Positions 11,532-23,636 of a stretch of DNA of 44,633 bases are shown here, one piece after another. The notes beneath the pieces were generated by a model. The model was not told the origin of the DNA. It worked only from the letters and a program-made list of their open reading frames with translations, and did not search any database. A program made the translations under genes and the position numbers. The stretch spans positions 1 through 44,633 of the forward strand of contig JAUCBJ010002838.1 in NCBI GenBank assembly GCA_032718475.1, given 5' to 3'. Numbering within the stretch: position 1 is the stretch's first letter; each line of letters begins with the position of its first letter. The DNA comes from Nemertoderma westbladi (Eukaryota > Animalia > Xenacoelomorpha).

Positions 11532-12499
11532 TTACGTTATGGAGTCCCTATATATTTGTCGGATTAGGGAAGTGGTCGTAGGAAGAGTATCTTGCCTTCC
11601 ATAGTTTCCGGACAGTTTTCGGTCTCTTTCCAGTAAACATAAACGACTAGCTGGGCGATTGAGTTGTTGTGTTACTTTCTCCGCTCCCTTGGCCTGTCTA
11701 ATCTCCGCCGTGGTAAGATGAGGAGGCCATTCTTCTTCTTCTTTACTTAAGAAGTCGGATCCACCTAACCAGCCTGGAGTATCTATCAGTTCTTGAGGAG
11801 TTGCTCCTCTGGAAGCGATGTCGGCTGGATTAATCGTCCCAAGGCAATGTCTCCATTGATCTACATTGGAGTTAATATCGTCATTATCTGAGGAGTATGG
11901 TGTTCCTTCAGTTGGATCGTCCACATCACTGCTCTCCACTTGCCATTCCTTTACTTGGTATACCTGTTGTTGAGGTAATCTCTCTTTGAGAGTTCTACGG
12001 GAAGGGCCAGTGAAGTACCAACCTACTCTAGTTCTTACCGCATAGGTTTGTAGTGGCTGCGGTTGAGCAGGCCGTTTCTCCAATGTCTCGAGCGCCTCAT
12101 GCGCGTTTTGGCCGATGAGTATTTGCACTCCAGGATAATCTGTCTGGAATCGAGGTATCTTAAGCTGTTGGATGCTCTCGTCCTCGTCCCAGTTATAAGG
12201 TTCTACTTGGGTAGTAGCGAAGTTCTTTATAGCCACCATTTTTACTGACCTTATACTTTGTGCTCCTAATTTATCCTGGGGTTGGACAACGCACCTACAT
12301 AGTAATCTGCCGTTATGGTAGATTTCCAAACCTGCATAATTCCGGACATATTCAACTTAGTTTGGAATTTGGGTTGTCCAGCAAAGATATCTTCGGCTAG
12401 TTCTTGATCGATGAATGTTCCTGTGCTGCCGGAGTCAAGGAGGGCGTTCACTATGTAACTTTTGGTAGGACCGTGAACTCTTACCTGCACTACAGGAAA
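11532..12499 (-). pseudogene. BEL/Pao protease with fused RNase H and integrase-tail remnants
   Basis: ALLDSGS, ILIG and AVRTRVGW (protease), then QWRHCLGTINPADIASRG..W..G..FL...EWP, then RPASRLCLLE. Frameshift near 12329. Confidence 0.85.
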
Positions 12500-15400
12500 T
12501 TATCTGATTCCTACGTTGGAAGTTGGAGCTTTCCAAGATGGTTGTCTGTCAAAGGTAGTTGGGGGGAACTCATTGTCGGTGTCCTTTTCGTAAGTAAGTG
12601 CTCGATACACTGCGGTATTTATTAGGTAACAGGATTCGTTGGTGTCGGAGAATTCGTCCGTATAGAATCCTTCCATCTCAGATTCTTGATCAGTGTCATT
12701 TACATCACTGAATTGGACATGTAGTTCGGGCTCACTTACCTGACTCGGGTTGTCTCGTTCGAACTCACTGTGTAACAAGATGTGATGTTTCGCGCCACAC
12801 TTTGCACACTTTACGTCGGAGTAACAGGTTCGCCATTGGTGTCCTTGTCTGAGGCAATTATAGCATAACCGCTTATCCCACATGACTTCACGTCTGTCTA
12901 CCAGGGATTTCTTTAGGAATTCAGCACACACACTCAAACGGTGGGGCCCGTCGCACAGCGCACATTTTGGTTTGATGTTACTCACTTTACCTTGGGTAAC
13001 GTTATGCACTCTCGTTCTTTCTTCGGGCTTTCTTCCGTGAATTCTCTTAGGAGACGTAGGAGGAGTTGTTGTTACCTGTTCTCTCCTGTCACTGGTTCGA
13101 GACTTATATTTACTTACATCTTTATAGGTCTTGTTGTCATAGTAAGATTTTGCTGTGTCTTTCCCGCTGTCCTCTTCTTGAGAAGCTTGGCTTTCGCCGT
13201 CGTCAGTATAACACACTGGTGTTACCCTTCTCCTAGAAAAGGGTTTCTCACTTACCTTATTTTCTGATGTTTTCTCTCTGGACTGCTTTATGAGTTGTAA
13301 TTTTACTTCACTATCTAAGAAGGACATGAGATCAGCCATGGTAGGGCCTCGTCGTTGCTGCTCATTCATATACAACACTTTCTTGTCCCAGCGTGTACAT
13401 ACTCCACCCTTTGGTAAAGTAGAGACTACGGCTCCAATAACCATGGAACTCTGATATTCATGAGACTTACCTAACCAATCCAATTGTCTACAGATCTCCT
13501 GAATCTCATCGGAAAACTCTATAATCCCGCTACTAAGGAACTTTCGGGGGGCTACTAATTTTGCATACAAATACTTAGCTATATTATCCTTGTTACCATA
13601 CCTGATGTTTAATGTATCCCAAACTTGTCTTAATCCATCTGGATGTCCAATAAACTTTAACGCCATTAACTTGGGAGGTCCTTCCAAGCACTTGATGAGA
13701 AATCTAAGTTTCTCTCCGTTAGATAGTACAGAGTTCTGTATGCTATCTTTGTAATATTTATTGAAAGGTAACCATTTCATCTCATCTCCATTGAATTTGA
13801 CGATTTCTCCCACTTTGACCACTTGGCGGGCTTCTGTTCTAGCCATCTGACGCGTAAAGCTTTCTTGGGCCATCGTATTATTTAATATCGAATTATCGGT
13901 ATATAAATTTCTCGGATTATTATCAGGTCTATAGGGAATATCATTAACAACAGGTTCATAATCACCCTTAATAGGGTTTGCTATAGGAGTTTCTACTTCA
14001 CTAGCAGTATAGATGCGTGTAGGCTCCACACAGGTTGACACAATGTTACAGGGGGTATTGGTATACCCTTTTGTATATTGACTAAGTTGTCGCTTTCTAG
14101 CGCGATACTTTGCTGCACTTCTTGCAATTCTACCCTACTTTCCCTTAATGTTCCCTTGAGTTGGTGGACAGTCTCCTGCATCTGTCCGAGCAGGAGATTC
14201 ATCCCCCACCGTCCTCCTCTACCCACTCGACCACCGAAGCGGGAGTCGCCAACATTGTAGCGGGCAGACGCGGGACGACGGGAGACAAATCTTTGATTTC
14301 TCTCTCAGCGTCCAGGACAGGGATATTCTCATGGACTGTTCTACCGGGTACAGGCAGTGTAGTACTGTGTAAAGGGAATTTAGAGTTAAGCTCTGGAAGT
14401 ACAGGGTTCTCTAGCACAGAAGTGGCTTTGGGAACGACAGGCCCAATTATTTCAGGCTCATCAACTATAGTAGGGAGTCTTTTGACCTTAATAATTTGGT
14501 CTGTGGGTTCTGTACTACCTAAGTCTGTGCTAGCTAGTTGTCTTCTAACAGCTGGGGGCAAATCAGGCAATTTGTGACGGTGAGATGTTTTTCTACGCCT
14601 GCTTAGACGAGATCTATTTCCTCCGCCTTCAGGATCTGTAGTCTCGCCTTCCTCCGATGATGTGTATTCCTGGTGTCTGGGAGTAGATCGACTCATCATC
14701 TGCATTTGACTAGCAGTTAATTGTTTATTTATGTTGTCTTGCGTCTCTTGCAGATTTTCCAACTCCAGTTGGGTCGTCTCCTCAGACGTTCTCCGTTCTG
14801 CTTCTGCCACTGCCTTTGCTGCTGCTGCTTTCACTGCCGCTGCCGCTTTTGCCGCTTCTGCTTCTGCCATTGCCGCTGCTACTGCTGCTGCCTTTCGGTC
14901 CTCTATCTGTTTTTTCTTTATTTGTTCTTCTTGGACTCTAGCGAGGCGGAGTCGTTCATCAAATTTAGCTTGGTTCGCAGCTAACATTTCCGCATCGATT
15001 GCGTCCAACACAAGCTTGGTTCCTTCACTATTAGGGCGAAGTCCAGACAGTCGTCTCCTCAACTCGTCTCCTAGGAATCGCTGATAGTCTGACAGATAGA
15101 TGTCAATGGCGTCTCTAGTTCGCGGCTTCTCTGCTGTTGTTAATTCGCTTTCCACTTCGCTTTCCACTTGAGAAGAAGTGGCTTCGGTTGATTCTTCATA
15201 GGTTGGCCGCTCATCATAAACCGTATCCGCCATCTTCGCTCCGCGCTCGGGCTTCCGCTCAACAGTATCCGAACTACTGGAGCTATCGGGCCACTGAGAA
15301 CTAGGTTCTTGGCTAGGAGGTTGCTGCTGTTTGATAGCTGCTTCTTGATCCCGCTTGACTTGGGCCCGAGTGCCGATGATAGACCTACGCTGTTCTACTA

Positions 15401-15587
15401 GCCTAGGGTCTGACACTACTACTGTAGGGATGGCCTTTCTTACAATAGTAGGTGACTTAGACTTGGATCTAGGATGTTCTATACTTTGATCTTGGTCACA
15501 GATCCTTTTAATACGCTGTCTAAGTCTAATACTCATTCTAACACTTTCTAAGAGACTATCTGACAGTGATTGGGTTGCGTCTGACAT
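12500..15587 (-). pseudogene. BEL/Pao gag, frameshifted at ~14215 and ~14045
   Basis: KFNGDEMKWLPF...EKLRFLIKCLEG (DUF1759-type) and three knuckles CALCDGPHRLSVC, CYNCLRQGHQWRTC, CAKCGAKHHILLH. In-frame TAA before the protease. Confidence 0.88.
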
Positions 15588-15723
15588 GTTTGTTTACACA
15601 GTTGAATGCCTACGGCTATAAATACAGTTAAAGTAAGTCTAGTAATTCAGTATCACTGTTAGCCTAATAATTAATTACCGATACTGCTACTCAGTGTAGC
15701 GTGATATATATATAATATATTAG

Positions 15724-15974
15724 AATACCGGTATGCTTATAGTATATATATAAGTATTATTACAGACTAGATTTGTCACAGAGTACCGGTATATAATTTT
15801 AGCACAAATATATATAAATATATAATAGGCCTATCGTGAATACCGGTATACAGCTGACACTTATAGTATATATAAGTATAATTATTACAGACTAGAATTA
15901 ATTACAGAATACCGGTATGATTTCAGCCTAAATTTATAGAATAAATATAATAAGCCTATTGTAAATACCGGTAT
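15724..15974. repeat. Two diverged ~115-125 bp tandem units punctuated by TACCGGTA
   Basis: CTTATAGTATATATA..TTATTACAGACTAGA..TACCGGTAT.. repeated twice. Confidence 0.7.
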
Positions 15975-16311
15975 GTCAATTATTTTAAAATAATTGAATT
16001 TCTGAATGTTAGGGGTTACTTGGTTACTTTACTTACTTTATTACCGTTATTTGAGCAGTAGTCCAACTGATATTAAGACCTAAGGATTGTATGACAGGCC
16101 TACTATTTTATTAATAGATTTGGATTGATTTATGTTATATATACCCGTATGAGGGGTTTTTGTTACAATATTGAAATAGATGTTATTATTTCTGGGAAGT
16201 AATCACTACACAAAAGCTGTGCGCTCTCAGTGAAGTGCTACTTATTGGACACTAAAACAAATAATTCTACTTCCTAAGTTACTTATCTACGAATTACTTA
16301 CGATACGGGTG

Positions 16312-18313
16312 AGATTAAATCTCTAATTAAACACAACAAAAATATTACGTACAAAATTTTAGGGTAATTTTACAGGGAACTACAAACCAGTCTAACAGAG
16401 TGTTAGATTTTCTGGTTATTACATCGGACAGGATACTACGGTATTTGAAAATAATAAGTAGTAGTAAATACACTGTGTTGTCCAGATAGGAAAATACCAC
16501 CGTCTGACGACCTATAGCCGTATCGCTATAGGTACTACGTTATGTATCACGGAGTGTCCCTACCTAGAAGTTAATTACCGCGGACTACCAGATCCAACGT
16601 GCCTATTAACCACTTTACAACACAATACACTGCCCACACACTAATTACTTTCGGAAAGCACTGTACACCAAACCCTAAATTAGGTACAAGTACTTATAAA
16701 ACAGATAACTAGCAGTTAAAAATACTTGAACAGCTAAAAGAACCACGGCATCTGCTGGAGTGACCGGTGCACAAAATCACCAGTCTTTACCTACGCCAAG
16801 CAGCCTGTGTAGTACCGGGGTTAATTTAACTATAACGGTATGTGTAACAAGCACAATTACTGTAGGAATAAACTTGGGGACATGAATGTTGCGAATAATC
16901 GCATAAACTCTGAATAATAAATATTACGCTACCCGTACAGAATACTCAAACAAAATACAAACCAAACGCTGGCAGACTACCATCAAGCCTAAATAAACTA
17001 CAGTATGTGCAGATTCCAAAATGGTTAGTTAGTATGCGTTCTAACACGGTAGTACGACTTATTCTTTAAGAGGGGATTGACCTTACAGCTCTGGCTGCCC
17101 CAACTTACTAACTGGCACTTTATCAGACAAACTCTACACACGCAGCAATCTCTTCAGACCTAATAATAGCTAGACAACAATCCAGCCTACAAAATATCTG
17201 AGTAATAACTATTACGGTACCTGAACAGACCACACAAACAAACACAGGCCAAAACGCTGGCAGACTACTGTCAAGCCTAAATAAACTACAGTATATGCAG
17301 ATTCCAAAATGGTTAGTTAGTATGCGTTCTAACATGGTAGTACGGCTTATTCTTTAAGAGGGGATTGACCTTACAGCTCTGGCTGCCCCAACTTACTAAC
17401 TGGCACTTTATCGGACAGACTCTACACACGCCGCAATCTCTCCAGACCCAACAACAATCCGACAACAGTCCGGCCTACAGTTTTCTGAACAATCTGAGCA
17501 GACTTACACGTCTTCAGCTCAATATTAACTTACTAGGAAATAAAACTGACAGAAATAAGTAAAATCTCAATAAAAAACCAGATTAAATCTCTAATTAAAC
17601 ACAACAAAAATATTACGTACAAAATTTTAGGGTAATTTTACAGGGAACTACAAACCAGTCTAACAGAGTGTTAGATTTTCTGGTTATTACATCGGACAGG
17701 ATACTACGGTATTTGAAAATAATAAGTAGTAGTAAATACACTGTGTTGTCCAGATAGGAAAATACCACCGTCTGACGACCTATAGCCGTATCGCTATAGC
17801 TACTACGTTATGTATCACGGAGTGTCCCTACCTAGAAGTTAATTACCGCGGACTACCAGATCCAACGTGCCTATTAACCACTTTACAACACAATACACTG
17901 CCCACACACTAATTACTTTCGGAAAGCACTGTACACCAAACCCTAAATTAGGTACAAGTACTTATAAAACAGATAACTAGCAGTTAAAAATACTTGAACA
18001 GCTAAAAGAACCACGGCATCTGCTGGAGTGACCGGTGCACAAAATCACCAGTCTTTACCTACGCCAAGCAGCCCGTGTAGTACCGGGGTTAATTTAACTA
18101 TAACGGTATGTGTAACAAGCACAATTACTGTAGGAATAAACTTGGGGACATGAATGTTGCGAATAATCGCATAAACTCTGAATAATAAATATTACGCTAC
18201 CCGTACAGAATACTCAAACAAAATACAAACCAAACGCTGGCAGACTACCTAATAATATTAACTTACTAGGAAATAAAACTGACAGAAATAAGTAAAATCT
18301 CAATAAAAAACCA
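16312..18313. repeat. Compound duplication: 670 bp x2 (16312-16981, 17580-18249), ~195 bp x2 (~16964, ~17253), 60 bp x2 (17521, 18254)
   Basis: Direct comparison. The 670-bp copies differ at only a few positions. Confidence 0.92.
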
Positions 18314-18396
18314 GGGCTGCAGTCCCTGATTAAATACTAAGACCTACCGGTATACAATAATCAAAATCGAATAATACTAATGTACTTATACTGGAA

Positions 18397-18520
18397 GTAC
18401 CGGTTATGACAGTTGGGCCTACAGACCTACAGCAGTACCGGTTCTGGCAGTTAGGCCTACGGACCTACAGCAGTACCGATTCTGGCAGTTGGGCCTACAG
18501 ACCTACAGCAGTACCGGTTC
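18397..18520. repeat. 38-bp minisatellite, ~3 copies
   Basis: AGTTGGGCCTACAGACCTACAGCAGTACCGGTTCTGGC units. Confidence 0.85.
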
Positions 18521-20038
18521 AGGTTTACCGGTCGACCGGTACTTTCAACTTTATTGCTTACTTCAATAAAGAAAATAACTGTTATTGTACGCGCTTTTGA
18601 AGACCTTTAGCAGTTTAACCTGCTAAAATTTATATGTCTTTGGGTTTATAAATAGACTTTTAGTAAATGACAAGTATTTAATACCAATAAACACAACATT
18701 AGCCGAAGCCAGCCTAGTGCGCGTCCATTCACCCGCTGGATATACCCGGGAGACTGGATTCGGAGGGCTTAGATTTTATTATTGCAGTGAAGCCTACTGT
18801 ATTATTCGATTGATCGTTAATAAATAATTTCTGACTAATATTATTCACTTTCGGGAAATATTAACAGTTCCTTTAGGACGTGGCGCTCTATCTAGGTAAA
18901 CAGAGATATGACTTATACTAAACACAACGGTAAGGCTTATGTTTCACGTATAAGGCGCATTCTTTAGGAAATGCTTTGTTATCAGCCACAATCATACACA
19001 CAACCGGTACCGCACAATACTGCACACTTATCTGCCGACCGTCAATGAATTTGATCACACATAAAGAGAACAGCAATTGACTCATGTAGTGCCTATCAAA
19101 TAGCATTAGGTTCACTACAAACCACGATAACATAAGTCGCAATTGTTATATGTATCCTGTCTCTCTAACCTGTAGTGTATCAAGAAAATTGGGAAATTTG
19201 GGTTCTTTATAGATGTTCTCCAAATAATAATATTCAACCAACTGATACAAATAATAACAACAGTAAACAGCATTAAGACGGTAGGTTAAGATATGATATT
19301 ATTGTTTGGTTAGTTGATAATTATGGCGATAACAGTTATACGTTCTATAATCTACGCCTACTAATGTTTTACTAAAATTCTGAAACAAATTGACTCTAGA
19401 GCCGGTGTTCTTGGCCTAGATAGAAACAACACAACAGTAACACTGAAAACAGTAAGAATGAACACGCCTAGTACAATCTGTAGAATATCTCCACATCGAC
19501 AGTAAAAATCGCCCTGATTGGCTGTTAAGCTAAACAAAGAACCATGTGTCCAATGGCCGTTTCCATGCCAGCAACCAGCTGTTAGATGTCGTAATCTGAA
19601 TCATCAAGGCTACACTGTGCTAGAGTATTTGACGCATTGCGGGTTTTGTACCTTGCCATGTCCGCCAAAGCACACATATATAAGAATGACTTTTATGTCC
19701 GTTAAAACACCTACAACGGGGAACTGATTATATCCGCAAAAGCTTTTACACAGACATTCACATCACAGCGAGTCGGCCAACTACAAAAGGAGTTACCTTG
19801 ATTAAATGATTTCGCAGGTTCAGCCCCACACCCCGTTTACAGCTGCCTAATGTATGCAGCCAAAGTTTACTTATCTCTCTCGTACAACCCCAGATTTCGT
19901 GGAAAACTTGTTCCATTTGTGCGTTTGCTTTTGATTTATTATAGCATTGTTATTATTATTTAAATAATATTATTTATTTTGTTCATATATTATATTAAAC
20001 ATTTACAATCTCTTTAGTATAAATTCCTTTCTATAATT

Positions 20039-20871
20039 ATGAAACACTTATTAATTCTTACATCACTTGTGGCAGTTGGCTACGGTTTGAGTTGCCACAG
20101 TGCCGGGCCAGATGGAAAAATGAGTAGAGATGGTTGCGTACGATGTGTTAAGTCTTCAGCAATAAATATTAGACTATCTGTACAAGTGTAATAGTTTGGA
20201 AGGGGACAGACATGATGGATTAGGTTTAATGGGTCGAACCAATAACTACAACTACTATAGTCGGCCTACAGCATTGAAACTGCACATTGAGATGCTATGC
20301 CGGTTTGACAAAAACATTTTGTCACATTTTGTAGAAGTAGGGGTCCATGGTTCCAATGTTGGAGACTTTCAGACAAGTTGGTCCATGGTCCTCGGGTCCA
20401 TGTTCTGCGGATGGAGGCTGTCAGACTGGGCGGGGTCCATGGTTCCGGGGATGGAGGCTGTCAGACAACGTGGGGTCCATGGTTCTGGGATGGCGGCATT
20501 CAGAGAAGTTAGGGTCCATGTTTCCGTTCATGGAGGTTTCCATACAAATTTCGCCCCTGGCACGCCCTGATGACCCCCCCCCCCCCTCCCCATTGAATTA
20601 ATAAATTAAATTATAATTTCTTGTATTCGAATGTATTGCTCTGTTGTGTTATTGTACGACAATGTTATTATTTCAGACTATGACCATAGTCCACCATGGC
20701 GGAATCCCTCCAACCACAATGCCAATGTGTTTACCTAAAGACGCCCCTCTATCTGACACCGAATGCAACACAATAGAGACCTACATTTGTGCTGGACAAA
20801 GAGGCGACCCTAGTGCACCTCCAGACACTTCTTGTAGTGTCACTTGCTGTGATGAAGACCTTTGCAACTAA
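20039..20871 (+). CDS. Secreted three-finger (Ly6/uPAR, LU-domain) protein, two exons (exon 1 from 20039 with uncertain donor at ~20146-20185; exon 2 20677-20871)
   Basis: Signal peptide MKHLLILTSLVAVGYG then LSCHS...GCVRCVK. Phase-0 acceptor TTTCAG. C-terminal CCDEDLCN-stop is the LU signature. AATAAA at ~21023 and ~21092. Confidence 0.8.
20340..20540. repeat. Degenerate ~37-39 bp minisatellite in the LU gene intron
   Basis: Recurrent GGGTCCATGGTTC..GGATGGAGGCTGTCAGAC. Confidence 0.75.
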
Positions 20872-21447
20872 AAATTAATTCTTCAAATAGAATAGGACAA
20901 TCTACTTTCTTTTTGAATGTTAGGTGATGGAATTTAAAAATAATTAAAAGGTCTAAAAAACACCCAACTGTATTGGGTTAGCCTGTGTAAAGTAAATACA
21001 ACTATATATCTTCTTAACAAACAATAAAAATTCATTTTATTGTTAAAAATTCAAAAAAACATTTTCACTTAAATCTGTTCTTTTATTTGACAATAAATAA
21101 AATATGCCTTACCGGTATCTATCGCTCGTTCCAAAATCAATTTATTTAATGGGTGAACGCTACGATAAACTATATCTAGAGATGGGAAGGATAATAAAGT
21201 ATATAATTAAATCTACATTAATTAAGAAATTTTATTATTAAAATGAAGTGTTAGAATTACCGAAATAGTATTGGGGCCTATTGTTTATCATTACACATAT
21301 TGTAGAATAGGTAGTTTACCCAAACATTTACCAGATATTTAGGTTTTTTTTTTAATTATATACATTTCGAGCGGAGTTAATCTATTCTATTAAAATGAAG
21401 TTATTTATATTTAAAATATAATAATGTCAAATTGAAATTTGTGTTAA

Positions 21448-21495
21448 CCCTATTACCACTGCCCCCCCCCCCCCCCCCCCCCTGTGGTAATAGGG
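21448..21495. mobile_element. Minimal piggyBac-type MITE remnant
   Basis: TTAA|CCCTATTACCAC...GTGGTAATAGGG|TTAA: CCC/GGG ends, 12-bp TIR, TTAA TSD. Confidence 0.65.
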
Positions 21496-21658
21496 TTAAC
21501 ACTAAACATTAAAGGTCTGCTAATAGTAATTTAAATTAAATTGATTTAGCCCCAAGCTGGGCAATAGGTCTGGGCAATAGTTGGACCTTTTTTGCAGTTC
21601 ATGGTATCTAGTTATCGATATTTCATTGCAATATTTACAACAGCCAGAGCATTATCTT

Positions 21659-21763
21659 GTACTTTGGCAGCCTCATGGAGTGAATAAGCATGGTGGATAG
21701 CCCATGACTTTCTTGAGACACGTCTTAAAGGACACTGGCCTTGAAGATCCGGATGATCTAGCA
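21659..21763 (+). mobile_element. Short 3' fragment of the RTE-type LINE
   Basis: Reverse-complement match to ~38226-38331 (LWQPHGVNKHGG region). Confidence 0.85.
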
Positions 21764-22427
21764 AGTAAGCTACTACTATTTATTGAATGGATAGCCCAAA
21801 CTGCACAGAAGTATATTACTTGCCAAATTTATTACTATATCACTCTAACCCAGACAGTAATCAAACATCAACTGTAAGTTTGTATAATGTATTACCCCAC
21901 CAGATGAATAGCTCTTCCCAGTGAATCCTATGACAATAATCTATAAGGTTACTCACTGCTATGTTAGGTGGGAGGGAGTTGATGATAATGAATGAGGAGG
22001 GACCCAACTAACACTACGTTTGTCTACGGAGGGTCTCCTTACAGACAGCTGGCTGGCTTTCTAGTTGAATCATATTATTCCGCAACTAAATAATTTACTC
22101 TTTTAGACGAATTTGTGCGTTTTTTTGCCGGACTAACAAATTTTGGCGACGTTCTGTGCGAGATTGGCGATATTTGAAAAGATTCTGAGGCGCAAATATG
22201 TTGCTCAGATAACTGAATATCTCAAATAAAAAGTTGGTGCATACTCGACGAGTTGAAATCGGTGAAATTCGACTTTAAATTTTCAAAACCACTATTTTTC
22301 AGTGACCTCGTGATAGAAACGCCACAAAAAATATACAGTCTTGTGCGCAACCAAAATTTATGTAGAGTTTGTTATTAAAATTTTTGCGTACCTTCTCTGA
22401 TATTGGTTTTTCAGATATTGGATGGTT

Positions 22428-22470
22428 ATACATACACACACACACCCCCACACACACACACACACACATA
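22428..22470. repeat. (CA)n microsatellite
   Basis: Interrupted CA run. Confidence 0.85.
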
Positions 22471-22793
22471 ACCACATCGTGTTTTTGAACGGCTCAACTC
22501 TTGACAAGAACTACCCTGGCCTATTAATAGCCAGGTTCGTTATAATCTTGAACATTTTTCGACCAGGTCAATGAGGATCCTGCGATATTCCAGAGGCTTC
22601 ACATCAAGCTTATCTAATCTATTTTTACAGCTGAGACCAAACATACTGGGAAGATAACGGCTAAAGGAGTGCTGGGTACGTTCAAATATGGTTATATCTT
22701 ATCAAGATAGGGACACCATATCGAACTGTTATGTTCAATTGTAGGCCTGGCGTAGGTACAATACAACCCCCATTGGAAGGCTGCATTACGATG

Positions 22794-23219
22794 CATTGGA
22801 CAAAATAGACCAAATCTCTAACCGCATCATCCGTTGCCACTTCTCATGTTCTGGAAGACTGGCTAAGAAGTTTCCTAAGGTGGTTCTGATTGTGTGCTAC
22901 TCTCCAACTAGTGTTGCACCTGTAGAGGAGGTAGAAAATGTCTACCACAATCTACAAGCAGCTACTGATGGAGTGGATCAGCATGCATTCTTAATATTCC
23001 TGGGAGACTTTAATGCAAGTCTGCATCAATCACCTACATCGCCCTGGGTCTATAGCAATAGTGTCAACCGAAATTCCGTCCATCTTCAGGATTTTATCTC
23101 TGGAAATGGATTGTTTTCGGCTGGAACCCAGTTCAAGAAGCGAACTGGAAAGCTATGGACTAATAGTGGAACCAGTGGTCACAAGTCCCAGATAGTCCAT
23201 ATTCTGTTTCGTAGGAAGT
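22794..23219 (+). mobile_element. RTE-type LINE apurinic endonuclease fragment
   Basis: SNRII, CYSPT, LGDFNA, QIVHIL motifs. Near-identical to 40166-40976 on the minus strand. Cut by an LTR at 23220. Confidence 0.88.
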
Positions 23220-23636
23220 TGTTAGCTTATCCAATTCCGCTAACCTACCCCATAAAGTGAGCCATTAAGCAATATTGGGAACACGAGGTTGATTACCCAA
23301 CCTCGTGTCACCCCAACAAAGTGGGGAGGAGAAACGCACAATAGGGGTCAGGGGTTACACCCCTGACAGAGAGAGAATAGCAGGAGTGAGGGGAAACACT
23401 CCAAAGGGCGCCAACAAGGTTATTAGCCAATGGGGGGAAGGCACCGGCTAGGTATTGTAACAACGGCCAAACCGTGCAATATATATTACCAGTTATCATA
23501 TTATTGTAGCCAGTTATCTCATTGTGTTAGTCGGTTAGCTAGGGTAGAACAGAGACTTCTAATACCGTCCCCGTCTACCGCCATTATCTGTACATACTGT
23601 AGTACTTCAATTGCCATCTAACCTTATTGAACTATA
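23220..23636 (+). repeat. Partial LTR of a sister BEL/Pao subfamily
   Basis: Starts TGTTAGCTTAT and is colinear with but diverged from the element C LTR. Confidence 0.85.

Larger units (their letters stand above)
9926..18600 (-). mobile_element. BEL/Pao element B, internally deleted and degenerate (outer boundaries approximate)
   Basis: Gag and protease plus remnants of RNase H and integrase C-terminus, flanked by long AT-rich UTR-like regions. LTRs not identified. Confidence 0.7.

Noticed and set aside
14721-15084. Cys-rich and Ala-rich plus-strand ORFs
   Set aside because: Antisense shadows of the Ala/Glu-rich gag coiled coil.
16312-18249. 670-bp repeats as LTRs of a TRIM or of element B
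   Set aside because: No TG...CA ends, PBS, PPT or TSD.
20196-20601. 124-aa and 84-aa ORFs
   Set aside because: They arise from the intronic minisatellite.
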